NCBI GenBank assembly: GCA_044223005.1
Contig: JBGAML010000018.1
Span: 32,001-96,000, forward strand
Origin: Candidatus Eiseniibacteriota bacterium
Lineage (GTDB): Bacteria; Eisenbacteria; RBG-16-71-46
Direction of reading: 5' to 3'
Length of the DNA stretch: 64,000 bases
Shown: one piece after another, positions 1-8,994 of the stretch
Layout of the letters: every line of letters starts with the position of its first letter
Numbering within the stretch: position 1 is the stretch's first letter
Made by a program: the position numbers and the translations under genes
Notes under the pieces: model-generated
Database searches by the model: none
The model's input: the letters and a program-made list of their open reading frames with translations, nothing else
Told to the model about the DNA's origin: nothing

Positions 1-1352
1 ACGGACGGGGCGTCGGCGGTGAAGTCGACGCGCAGCGGACCGATCAGCTGTTGCAGGGTGGTCACCGCCACGGCCGATCCGCTCGTGCTGGCGTCGTGGA
101 ATGCGACCGGCACGCCCGAGAGCGAGACGCCAGTCACGTGCGGCGCCCCCCAGCCCTTGGGCAGCGCGACGCGGATGCGGTTCACGCCGGTCTCGCCGAG
201 CCCGACGGTGAAGCCGAGCCGCGCGAGCATCACGACACCCGCGCCGCCGGCGGTGACGCGATGCGGCTCGACCTCGGCTTCGGCCGCGTGCGCCGCGATG
301 CCGCTTCCCAGCACCGTGGCCGTGAGCGGGATCGTGCCGCCGGTGGGCGCGGCGTTGCCGGTCGCGCGCAGCTCCAGCGTGGTCGCGTACGCCTGCGCCG
401 CCTGGCCCGCGGGGATCGCGAGGCGCGGCACCAGCCGCACGAGCAGCGCCGCCGTGTCCGCGAGCGCGGTGAGCGGCTTGCCCATCTTCGACCAGGTCGA
501 ATCGAGGTGGCCCGCGGTGGTTCCGGACAGGTCGCGGCAGGTCCAGCCGAGCGTGGTGTCGGCGGCTCCGCCGCCGAACCGTGCCGAGGGAACCGTGAGG
601 CCCGCGAACGCCCGGGAGCGGCCTTCGAGCTGGACGTCGGTGTTCGTGACCAGCCGCCACGCGAGCTGGGCGGAGCTCGGCGTCGAGAGCGGCAGCCCCG
701 TTGCGCCGGGGCTTCCCGCGGCGAACGCGCCCTGCGGATCCACCGGCACCCAGATGATCCGTTCCGCCATCGCGTAGCCGGAGGTCTTGAGCGTGACGGA
801 TCCCAGCCACGCCTGCAGGACCCAGTTGTTGCCGTCGACGCGCGCCACGCTGCACGGCGAGATCGCGAAACGGATCTTCTGCGCGGTCGCCGCGTTGCTC
901 AGCGTGTCCACGGCGCAGAGCTCGGGGAGGATCCGCCAGCCCGCCGAGTTGGAGGTGAGGACGCTCCACGCCGGCACCGCGCCCCGCTGCCAGCCGAAGC
1001 GTGCGCCCTGCCACGTGGGCAGGCCCATGCTCGAGGCGGAGCCGTCCGCGAGTGCGAACTCGAGATTCGTCACGTTGCGGAAGCCGCTCGTGTCCGTCAC
1101 GGAGACGTCGACGAAGAACGTGTCCGCCGGCGACAGCGTCTGGGTCACGGTCCCGTGGACGTCGCGCACGTCGATACCGTTGAGGAGCACGCGTCCCTGG
1201 GTCGCCCACGCCGAGGGTGCGGCGAACGCGAGCGCGGCGCACGCCAGCAGCGCGAACCCGAGGGCGGAGCGCCGTCCCGGGCGGTTCACCTTGGAATTGT
1301 CGCCGCTGCCCCGCCGGCCGTGGCCCGGGACGCGGTCGAGTCGTCCGTGCAT
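1..1352 (-). CDS. Large secreted beta-rich (Ig-like) hypothetical protein; 3' end runs off the window
   Basis: Absent from the ORF track because it has no stop in the window. Manual translation from ATG 1352 (GGGGGAG RBS upstream) stays open to position 1: MHGRLDRV...RRSALGFALLACAALAFAAPSAWA (signal peptide), then beta-strand-rich sequence such as LAIPAGQAAQAYATTLEL. The + ORFs 19..777 and 787..1407 are its antisense shadows. Confidence 0.75.
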   Translation of the reverse strand, partial: MHGRLDRVPGHGRRGSGDNSKVNRPGRRSALGFALLACAALAFAAPSAWATQGRVLLNGIDVRDVHGTVTQTLSPADTFFVDVSVTDTSGFRNVTNLEFALADGSASSMGLPTWQGARFGWQRGAVPAWSVLTSNSAGWRILPELCAVDTLSNAATAQKIRFAISPCSVARVDGNNWVLQAWLGSVTLKTSGYAMAERIIWVPVDPQGAFAAGSPGATGLPLSTPSSAQLAWRLVTNTDVQLEGRSRAFAGLTVPSARFGGGAADTTLGWTCRDLSGTTAGHLDSTWSKMGKPLTALADTAALLVRLVPRLAIPAGQAAQAYATTLELRATGNAAPTGGTIPLTATVLGSGIAAHAAEAEVEPHRVTAGGAGVVMLARLGFTVGLGETGVNRIRVALPKGWGAPHVTGVSLSGVPVAFHDASTSGSAVAVTTLQQLIGPLRVDFTADAPS

Positions 1353-1524
1353 CGTGCACTCCCCCGATCGCTCCCCGAGTCATCGGCATTTCCGGCACCT
1401 GACTTGACGTTCCCAAGGTGCCTGATCGCCGCCACTTCGGGGCTCGCCCGGCGTGCGGGGTGCCGCGCCGCTCGCTATACTCCGCGCCCGAACTCCGGCC
1501 GAATCGCCGAAAGGAACGCCACAC

Positions 1525-2652
1525 TTGAGCCACGTTTCCGATCTTCGCTTCCGCGACCCGCTGGTCGCGGCCGCCCGCGACCGGCTGCTCGCCGGCGAAT
1601 CCCTCACGCAGGAAGAGGGCGTCCGGTTGTTCGACGCCCCGGTGCTCGAGCTGGGCCGTCTCGCGAACGCCGTCGCGCGCGACCGCCACGGCGACCGCGT
1701 CTACTTCACGGTCAACCGCCAGCTCAATCCCACGAACGTCTGCGTGCTCGCGTGCAAGTTCTGCGACTACGCCAAGAAGCACGACGATCCGTCCGCGTAC
1801 ACGATGACGCGCGAGCAGATCGAGTCGCACGTGGACCCCGAGATCCACGAGATCCACATCGTCGGCGGCCTGCACCACAAGTGGCGCTTCGACGACTACC
1901 TCGACGTGATCCGCTGGGTGAAGGCGAAGAAGCCGAGCCTGAGCGTGAAGGCCTACACCGCGGTCGAGGTCGACTTCTTCTGCCGGCTCACCAAGAAGCC
2001 CGCGGACTGGGTGCTCACCGAACTGCGCAACGCCGGGCTCGACGCGCTGCCCGGAGGCGGTGCGGAGGTGTTCAGCGAGCGCGTGCGCCGCGAGCTCTTC
2101 CACCAGAAGATCGGCGGCAAGCGCTGGATGGAGATCCACGAGACCGCGCACCAGCTCGGGATCCCGAGCAACGCGACGCTGCTCTACGGCCACATCGAGA
2201 CGCGCGCCGAGCGCGTGCAGCACCTGATCGACCTGCGCGAGCTCGAGCGCCGCGCGCCCGGGTTCCTCGCGTTCATCCCGCTCGCGTTCCAGCCCGGCGT
2301 GACCGGGCTCGTGCGCCGGCAGGCGTCGGCGATCGAGGACCTGAAGACCATCGCGATCTCGCGGCTCGTGTTCGACAACGTGCCGCACGTGAAGGGCTAC
2401 TGGGTCATGCTCGGCCAGGACACGGCGGCGGCCTCGCTCAACTACGGCGCCTCCGACCTCGACGGCACGATCGGCCAGGAGAAGATCGCGCATGCCGCGC
2501 TGGCCAAGAGCCCGGTGGGCATGGCCGAGGCCGGCATGGTGCAGATGATCCGCGAAGCGGGAAAGCTGCCCGTCCAGCGCGACGCGCTCTATCGCGTGGT
2601 GCGTGAGTACGGGCGTCGCGACGAACCCGCGGCGACGGCGGCGGTGGCGTGA
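1525..2652 (+). CDS. mqnE: Aminofutalosine synthase MqnE (radical SAM)
   Basis: NRQLNPTNVCVLACKFC (CxxxCxxC), EIHIVGG, LPGGGAE, LYGHIE, DLDGT. TTG start at 1525 with AAAGGAA RBS. Confidence 0.88.
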   Translation: MSHVSDLRFRDPLVAAARDRLLAGESLTQEEGVRLFDAPVLELGRLANAVARDRHGDRVYFTVNRQLNPTNVCVLACKFCDYAKKHDDPSAYTMTREQIESHVDPEIHEIHIVGGLHHKWRFDDYLDVIRWVKAKKPSLSVKAYTAVEVDFFCRLTKKPADWVLTELRNAGLDALPGGGAEVFSERVRRELFHQKIGGKRWMEIHETAHQLGIPSNATLLYGHIETRAERVQHLIDLRELERRAPGFLAFIPLAFQPGVTGLVRRQASAIEDLKTIAISRLVFDNVPHVKGYWVMLGQDTAAASLNYGASDLDGTIGQEKIAHAALAKSPVGMAEAGMVQMIREAGKLPVQRDALYRVVREYGRRDEPAATAAVA

Positions 2653-3074
2653 GCGCCGGCACTCCGGACACCAGCGGCAAGCGCGACACGCACGCGCATT
2701 CGCCCGGCTTCCTCAAGCTCGTGGCCGACGCGAGCACGCGCGTGAAGACGATGAGCATCGACGAGTACCGCGCCCGGGTCGTCGCGGGCCAGGCGTTCGT
2801 GCTGGTGGATACCCGCGAGGACCACGAGTGGGCCGCCGGGCACCTGCCCGGCGCGCGGCACCTGTCCAAGGGCATCATCGAGCGCGACGTCGAGAAGGCC
2901 GTGCCCGACCTCGCGACGCCGATCGTCTGCTATTGCGGCGGCGGGTATCGCAGCGTGCTGGTGTGCGAGAGCCTGCAGCGCATGGGCTACACCAACGCCA
3001 TCTCGCTCGACGGCGGCTGGCGCGGCTGGAACGCGCAGAACCTTCCGGTCGAGCGGCCCGACGTCCAGGGCTGA
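2649..3074 (+). CDS. Rhodanese-like sulfurtransferase
   Basis: LVDTREDHEW..GHLPGA, active-site loop YCGGGYRS, LDGGWRGW. Overlaps the mqnE stop (GTGA). Confidence 0.9.
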   Translation: MSAGTPDTSGKRDTHAHSPGFLKLVADASTRVKTMSIDEYRARVVAGQAFVLVDTREDHEWAAGHLPGARHLSKGIIERDVEKAVPDLATPIVCYCGGGYRSVLVCESLQRMGYTNAISLDGGWRGWNAQNLPVERPDVQG

Positions 3075-3144
3075 CGCTCGACCCGGGCAAGAGCGGCCGC
3101 ACATCGCGTTGCGAGACAAAGCGTTGTGCGGCCGATTTTCCAGC

Positions 3145-3174
3145 TTGATACGTGACCATATGGTCACGTATTGT
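3145..3174 (+). promoter_or_regulatory. Sigma70-type promoter overlapped by a perfect 24-bp palindromic operator
   Basis: TTGATA (3145-3150), 18-nt spacer, TATTGT (3169-3174). Palindrome ATACGTGACCAT|ATGGTCACGTAT at 3148-3171. Confidence 0.8.
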
Positions 3175-3180
3175 GGGGGT

Positions 3181-3939
3181 ATGGAAAAGGTGTTCCGGGC
3201 CCTCTCGGACCGCAGCCGGCGCCGGCTGCTCGACACGCTGCATCGCCAGGACGGCCAGACCCTGCGCCAGCTGGAAGCCGTGCTCGACATGACGCGCTTC
3301 GGGGTCATGAAGCACCTCCGCGTCCTGGAGGCCGCGGGGCTCGTCGTCACCCGCCGCGTCGGCCGCGAAAAGCACCACTACCTGAACCCCGTTCCCATCC
3401 GTCTCGTCCACGATCGCTGGATCCGCAAGTACGAGGAACCACTGGTCGGAGCGATGAGCCACCTCAAGCGCACCCTGGAGGCCATCCCCATGAACGCGCC
3501 GAAGCACGTCTACGAGGTCTACATCCGGACCACGCCCGAGAAGCTCTGGCAGGCGATCACCGATCCCGCGATGACGCAGCAGTTCTTCTACCAGACGGCC
3601 GTGCGCTCGACGTGGAAGGTGGGCGACCCGATCGACCACGTCCGTGCCGACGGCGGCGTGGCGCTGAGCGGCAAGGTGCTCGAAGTGACGCCACCGAAGA
3701 AGCTCGTGCACACGTTCTGCGCCATGCACGACGAGGAGGAGAAGAAGGAGCGCCCCTCGCGCGTCACGTGGGAGATCGTCCCACGCGGGGAGACCTGCCT
3801 GCTGATCCTCACGCACGACGACTTCGACGGCGAGACCAAGACGTTCCACAGCGTGAAGCTCGGCTGGAACCCGGTGCTGAGCGGCCTCAAGACGCTGCTC
3901 GAGACCGGCTCGCCGCTCGTCATCGGACCCCGCAGCTGA
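3181..3939 (+). CDS. ArsR/SmtB-family regulator fused to an SRPBCC (Aha1-like) domain
   Basis: VFRALSDRSRRRLL...MTRFGVMKHLRVLEAAGLV (ArsR HTH), then YEVYIRTTPEKLWQAITDP...GWNPVLSGLKTLLE (SRPBCC). Confidence 0.9.
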   Translation: MEKVFRALSDRSRRRLLDTLHRQDGQTLRQLEAVLDMTRFGVMKHLRVLEAAGLVVTRRVGREKHHYLNPVPIRLVHDRWIRKYEEPLVGAMSHLKRTLEAIPMNAPKHVYEVYIRTTPEKLWQAITDPAMTQQFFYQTAVRSTWKVGDPIDHVRADGGVALSGKVLEVTPPKKLVHTFCAMHDEEEKKERPSRVTWEIVPRGETCLLILTHDDFDGETKTFHSVKLGWNPVLSGLKTLLETGSPLVIGPRS

Positions 3940-4009
3940 CCCCTGTCGCGCCGGCGGGCGCCGCGACCCTCGCGGCGTCCGCGCCGGCCCCACCCGAACC
4001 GGAGAATCC

Positions 4010-4483
4010 ATGGCTCCCGAACTGCAGGGCTTCGTCCCGATCTTCCGCGCCACCCACGGCATGTTCCACAAGGCGCTCGAAGGCGTCACCGAGGCGCAGG
4101 CGCGCGAGCGCTCCGGTGGCGCCAACCCGATCCTCTGGATCGCGGCGCACGTCGTGTCCGTGCGCGCGAGCTTCGTGCGCGGCTTCGGCGGCAGCGTCGA
4201 GATCCCGTGGGCGAAGCAGTTCCCGCGCGGCGGCAAGGTCGAGGACGTCACCGACTGGCCGACGCTCGCCGAGGTGAAGCGCGCGTGGGACGAGGTGCAC
4301 CCGACATTCATGGCGCGGCTCGAGGCGATGTCGTCCGAAGCGCTCGCGGCCTCGACGCCGATCCCGTCGCTGAGCGACAACCTGCTCGGCTGCGTGGGGC
4401 TCGCGGCGGTGCACGACGCCTACCACGTGGGCCAGCTCGGCATGGCGCGCCGGAACCACGGGCTCGAGCGGATCGTCGGCTGA
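4010..4483 (+). CDS. DinB/YfiT-family protein
   Basis: NPILWIAAH and HDAYHVGQL metal-binding His motifs; 157 aa. Confidence 0.85.
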   Translation: MAPELQGFVPIFRATHGMFHKALEGVTEAQARERSGGANPILWIAAHVVSVRASFVRGFGGSVEIPWAKQFPRGGKVEDVTDWPTLAEVKRAWDEVHPTFMARLEAMSSEALAASTPIPSLSDNLLGCVGLAAVHDAYHVGQLGMARRNHGLERIVG

Positions 4484-4507
4484 ACGCGCGACGCGCCGCG
4501 CGGCGAC

Positions 4508-7144
4508 TCAGGCCGCGCGGCGCGTGACGTTCCCGGGCGCGGCCGCGCGGCGCTCGCGCACGAGCCAGCCCGGCAGGCGCAGCAGCGCCGTCGCGGCCAC
4601 GGCGACGAGCCACGTCTCCAGCGCGCCCGCGCCCGTCCACGGCACGAGCGGCAGCTGCAGCAGCGCGCACACGAGGATCGCGAACGGCAGCACCAGGATC
4701 GCGACCGGGACCAGCGTGGCCGGCGAAAGCGCCCGCCGCAGCGGGATCCCGCTCACGTCCTCGGCCTGCGGCGGTGCGGGCGAGCACGCGTGCTCGGCGC
4801 CGGCGGGCGTGCGCGCGCACCACGCGCGCAGGTCCTGCGCGAGCATCGCGGCGTGCACGCGCAGCGACAGCACGGTCGTCGCCTCGGCGGGGCGCAGGAG
4901 CAGCACGCCGTTGCGGCCCGTGGCCGGATCCGACCAGGCGAGCGCGACGCGCGGCGCCGCGAGCCAGGACGGCGGCCCGGGGTGGAGCTCGACCGCGTCG
5001 ACGCAGGCGCGCGGGATGCGCAGCGACGCCTCCTCGCCCGTGTAGGCGAGTGCGTCGTCCTCGATCGCGAGAAAGCCGAGGTCCCAGTCGTAGAATCCCT
5101 CGTAGACGCGCATCGCCGGACCCGGGGCCAGCGTGACGAAATGCGCTCCGCGCGCCGGCGTGAGCCGCGCGACGAGACGGGCCTTCAGCGCGAGCACGAT
5201 CCGCGAACCGAGCAGGTCGGCGACGCCGAGCATGGCGAAGAACGCGCACGCGAGCGCGACCGGGACCGACGCGAGCCGTGGCCAGTGGAGCATCGCGGTG
5301 GCCGCGAAGGCCGCGGCCGGGGCGAACGTTCCGGCGAGAAGCGTCCAGAGCCCGACGCGCCGGGCGGCCGCGGCCTTCCACGTGGTCGAGAACGCCTTGC
5401 CGCCCGGCGTGGCCGTCGCGGGCAGCGCGTAGCGATCCGTGACCGGGCCGGGGTCGGCGAGCAGTTCCGCGATCCGTTCCGCGGACAGCCCGGCCGCCGC
5501 GCCGATCGCGTGCGCGCGGCGCTCGGTCGAGGGGTGCGTGAGCGTCTTCTCGGCCGAGACGCTCCAGCTCACCGGGACGTGGTTCAGGTGCGAGACGCGC
5601 ACCAGCGCGCGGATCAGCGCTTCGGGATCACCGCAGAGCTTCACCGCTTGTGCATCGGCGGCGCCCTCGAAGCGGCGCGAGAGCATGCGCGGTGCGAGGA
5701 TCATGGCGAGTACGGCGAGCGCGATCACCGCCGGCATCGGCACGAACACGGCGAGCGAGCCGACGAGGCTCGCCGCCGCGACGGACGCGAGCGCGAGCCA
5801 GCGCGTGTGCCGGAGCTTCAGGTGCCCGAGCTCGTGCGCGAGGATCGCGTCGACCTCCCGCCGCTCGAGCTGCTCGACCAGCCAGTCCGTGAGCACGACG
5901 ACGTCGGCGCGAACCGCGAACGCGTTCGCCATGCGGCTGCGGCTCATCGGGACCACGTAGAGTTGCCCGAGCCGGACGCCGGCCGCCTTCGCGAGGGCCG
6001 TGACGCGGTCGCGCAGTTCGCCGCTCGAGAGCGCGATCAGCTCCATCCCCTGGCGCTTCGCGAGCCGCTGGCGGCATGCCCCGGCCGCGACGAGCCCGGC
6101 GAGGGCCGCGGCGATCGCGGGCGCGACGAAACCCTGCCCGACGAGCACCGCCGCTCCGGCGAAACCCAGCACGAGCCCGGCGAGGCTGCCGGTCGACCAC
6201 GCCGCCATCGCGAGGAGTTCGCGGCGCGTGAACGTGCCGCCCCGGGTGCACTCGGCGATCGCGTGCTGGGCGAGCACGGACGCGACGGTCGCCGAGGCCA
6301 GCGGCACGAGTGCGAGCGCGGCCGCGCCCAGCGTGCCCCACGGGCCCCACGCCTCGGCCAGCGCCACCCGCACCATGCGCGCGAGCACCGAATCCATCGC
6401 GGCGACCGTGGTGGCGAGCGTGCTCGCGACGAGGAGCCACTGGAGCCACTGCATGCCGCGGAACCACGCGCCCGCGGTGCGGCCCGCGGCGTCGCGGCGC
6501 GTGCGTTCGACGATCCACGCCGAGGCGAGCCACGGCAGCAGTAGCAGACCGGCCGCGGTCGTGGCCGCGGCGGTGCGTTCGAGTGGCGACCAGCCGAACG
6601 CGAACACGACGGACGCATGCGGCGCGTCGTTGCGCAGGACGGCGAAGCGATTCCCGCGGACGACCCCCGACCAGTCGGGATCGCGCGTCGGTTCGAGCCG
6701 GAACGGCAGCGGCTGCGGCAGAGAGAGGTAGATCGTGGTGACCGGCGCGCCCGTGGCGCGCATGCGCTCGACGACCGGTTGCGGATCGAAGCGCAACTGC
6801 CGGCCGCCGTCCTTCGTGCGGACCGTGGCGATGCGGGCCTGCGCGAAATCGAAGCGCGCGGTGGGAACCCAGACCGGCTCGCGCACCGGGCTCCCGAACG
6901 CCCGCGCGAGCGCGTCGAACACCGCCGCCGAATCCAGGGCGCCGCCGGGCAGCCCGACCCGCGCGGTCACGGTGCCGCGCTCGTGCGACTCGATCGTCAG
7001 CCACGACGCGGGGCGCGCGCCGGGCGTCCCCTGGGCACGTGCCGGAGCCGCGCCGGGCGCGACGGTGAGCGCGCTCGCGAGCGCGAGTGCGGCGAAGCCC
7101 GCGCGTGATCGCGCGCGCGGCAGGCGGCGGCCGAGGGTGCCCAT
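4508..7144 (-). CDS. Large multi-pass membrane M48-family zinc metalloprotease
   Basis: ANAFA, AILAHELGH, RRFEGAADAQA, THPSTERR. Signal peptide plus extra N- and C-terminal domains and many TM segments. Start position approximate. Confidence 0.8.
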   Translation of the reverse strand: MGTLGRRLPRARSRAGFAALALASALTVAPGAAPARAQGTPGARPASWLTIESHERGTVTARVGLPGGALDSAAVFDALARAFGSPVREPVWVPTARFDFAQARIATVRTKDGGRQLRFDPQPVVERMRATGAPVTTIYLSLPQPLPFRLEPTRDPDWSGVVRGNRFAVLRNDAPHASVVFAFGWSPLERTAAATTAAGLLLLPWLASAWIVERTRRDAAGRTAGAWFRGMQWLQWLLVASTLATTVAAMDSVLARMVRVALAEAWGPWGTLGAAALALVPLASATVASVLAQHAIAECTRGGTFTRRELLAMAAWSTGSLAGLVLGFAGAAVLVGQGFVAPAIAAALAGLVAAGACRQRLAKRQGMELIALSSGELRDRVTALAKAAGVRLGQLYVVPMSRSRMANAFAVRADVVVLTDWLVEQLERREVDAILAHELGHLKLRHTRWLALASVAAASLVGSLAVFVPMPAVIALAVLAMILAPRMLSRRFEGAADAQAVKLCGDPEALIRALVRVSHLNHVPVSWSVSAEKTLTHPSTERRAHAIGAAAGLSAERIAELLADPGPVTDRYALPATATPGGKAFSTTWKAAAARRVGLWTLLAGTFAPAAAFAATAMLHWPRLASVPVALACAFFAMLGVADLLGSRIVLALKARLVARLTPARGAHFVTLAPGPAMRVYEGFYDWDLGFLAIEDDALAYTGEEASLRIPRACVDAVELHPGPPSWLAAPRVALAWSDPATGRNGVLLLRPAEATTVLSLRVHAAMLAQDLRAWCARTPAGAEHACSPAPPQAEDVSGIPLRRALSPATLVPVAILVLPFAILVCALLQLPLVPWTGAGALETWLVAVAATALLRLPGWLVRERRAAAPGNVTRRAA

Positions 7145-7269
7145 GTTCGCGTTATCGGCCACGGCGGCCGCCGGATGCACCGCGCGCCCGGGCCGCAGTG
7201 GCGGTTCGCGAGGCCCGCGGCTAGAGTGCGCCGACCCTCGTCACCCGCTCCCCTCCTCGGAGGCAGTCG

Positions 7270-8826
7270 TTGGACTCCGGCACCCCGCTCTTCCACCAGG
7301 CGAAGTTCGACGATGCCCAGCAGGTCCTCGAGACGCTGTTCGGCTACCGCGAGTTCCGCCCGGGCCAGCGACACATCATCGACGCCGTGCTCGCGGGGCG
7401 GGACTGCATCGGCGTCATGCCCACGGGCGCCGGCAAGTCGCTCACGTTCCAGGTGCCCGCGAAGATGCTGCCGGGCACGGTGCTGGTGATCTCGCCGCTC
7501 ATCTCGCTGATGAAGGACCAGGTCGACGCGCTCGTGCGGCTGGGCTTCCGCGCGACGATGGTCAACTCGACGATCGAATTCGAGGAGCGCCGCGAGCGCC
7601 TCGCGGCACTGCGCCGGGGCGAGCTCGAACTGCTCTACCTCGCGCCCGAAGCGCTGGAGGGCTCGCTGCGAGGCTTCATCGCCGGCTGCCCCGTGAGTCT
7701 CGTCGTGGTCGACGAAGCGCATTGCATCAGCCAGTGGGGGCACGATTTCCGCCCGGCGTACCGCAAGCTGCAGGGCCTGAAGCAGGAGCTCGGCGAGATT
7801 CCCGTGCTCGCGCTCACCGCGACCGCGACGCGCCGCGTCGCGGGCGACATCATCCGCCAGCTCGGCATGCGCAAGCCCGAGGGCTTCAAGGGCTCGTTCT
7901 ACCGTTCGAACCTGCACATCACCGCGGTGCGCAAGGGCGAGCGCGACGGCCAGCCCGGGCGCAACGTACGCCGCGACCTGCTCGCGCTGTTGCGGCGGCA
8001 CGCGGGCGAGAGCGCGATCGTCTACTGCATGAGCCGCCGCGGCGTGGAGTCCACCGCCACGTGGCTCGCGGAGCAGGGCGTGCGCGCCGTGCCGTACCAC
8101 GCCGGCTTGCCCGACGAGCTGCGCGAGCGGCACCAGGACGCGTTCGCACGCGATCAGGTCGACGTGGTCGTGGCGACCGTCGCGTTCGGGATGGGCATCG
8201 ACAAGAGCAACGTGCGGCTCGTCGTGCACCGCGACATGCCCAAGAGCATCGAGGCCTGGTACCAGGAGATCGGCCGCGCCGGTCGCGACGGGCTCGCGTC
8301 GGACGTCGTGGTCTACTACTCGTGGGCCGACGTGATCGGCTACGACACGTTCCTCGACTCGATCGAGGACCCGGGCCTGCGCGAGGAGACGCGGCGCAAA
8401 ACCGTCGAGCTCTTCCGCCTGCTCGACCGCGGCGGCTGCCGGCACCAGGCCGCGTGCGCCTACTTCGACGAGACGATCGAGCCCTGCGGCGGCTCGTGCG
8501 ACACCTGCCGCGGCATCACGGTGGCCGACCTCGTCGCGCACTTCGCCGGCCGCGTGCGCCCCACCGGGACGCGCGCCGCCACGCCCGTCTTCGAGGGCGA
8601 GCTCGCCGAGAACCCGGAGCTGTTCGAACGCCTGCGCGGCGTCCGGCGCCGCATCGCGGACGCCGAGGGCGTGCCCGCCTACATCGTCTTCAGCGACGCC
8701 GCGCTGCGGCAGATGGCCGCGCGCGTGCCGCGCAGCGAGGACGAGATGCTCGCGGTGCCGGGCGTCGGGCCCGTGAAACTGCAGCGCTACGGTGCCGCGT
8801 TCCTCGAGGAGCTGCGTCGAGGCTGA
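7270..8826 (+). CDS. recQ: RecQ-family ATP-dependent DNA helicase
   Basis: MPTGAGKS, DEAHCISQWGHDFRP, TATAT, ATVAFGMGIDK, QEIGRAGRDG, Cys4 zinc site, C-terminal HRDC (VPAYIVFSD). Confidence 0.93.
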   Translation: MDSGTPLFHQAKFDDAQQVLETLFGYREFRPGQRHIIDAVLAGRDCIGVMPTGAGKSLTFQVPAKMLPGTVLVISPLISLMKDQVDALVRLGFRATMVNSTIEFEERRERLAALRRGELELLYLAPEALEGSLRGFIAGCPVSLVVVDEAHCISQWGHDFRPAYRKLQGLKQELGEIPVLALTATATRRVAGDIIRQLGMRKPEGFKGSFYRSNLHITAVRKGERDGQPGRNVRRDLLALLRRHAGESAIVYCMSRRGVESTATWLAEQGVRAVPYHAGLPDELRERHQDAFARDQVDVVVATVAFGMGIDKSNVRLVVHRDMPKSIEAWYQEIGRAGRDGLASDVVVYYSWADVIGYDTFLDSIEDPGLREETRRKTVELFRLLDRGGCRHQAACAYFDETIEPCGGSCDTCRGITVADLVAHFAGRVRPTGTRAATPVFEGELAENPELFERLRGVRRRIADAEGVPAYIVFSDAALRQMAARVPRSEDEMLAVPGVGPVKLQRYGAAFLEELRRG

Positions 8827-8994
8827 CCGGACGGGTGTCCGCCTGCGTTTCGTAGGACGCGACACGAGAACGGGCGGTCACCTCCCGGACGTCAGGAATT
8901 CGTTCAGTCCGCCGAGGCCGCGAGGGTAAGGTCCGCGCCGGTCCCCCTGCCTCGGCGCGCCGCGGGTCCGGGTGCGCCGTCCCCGATTCCCCCC

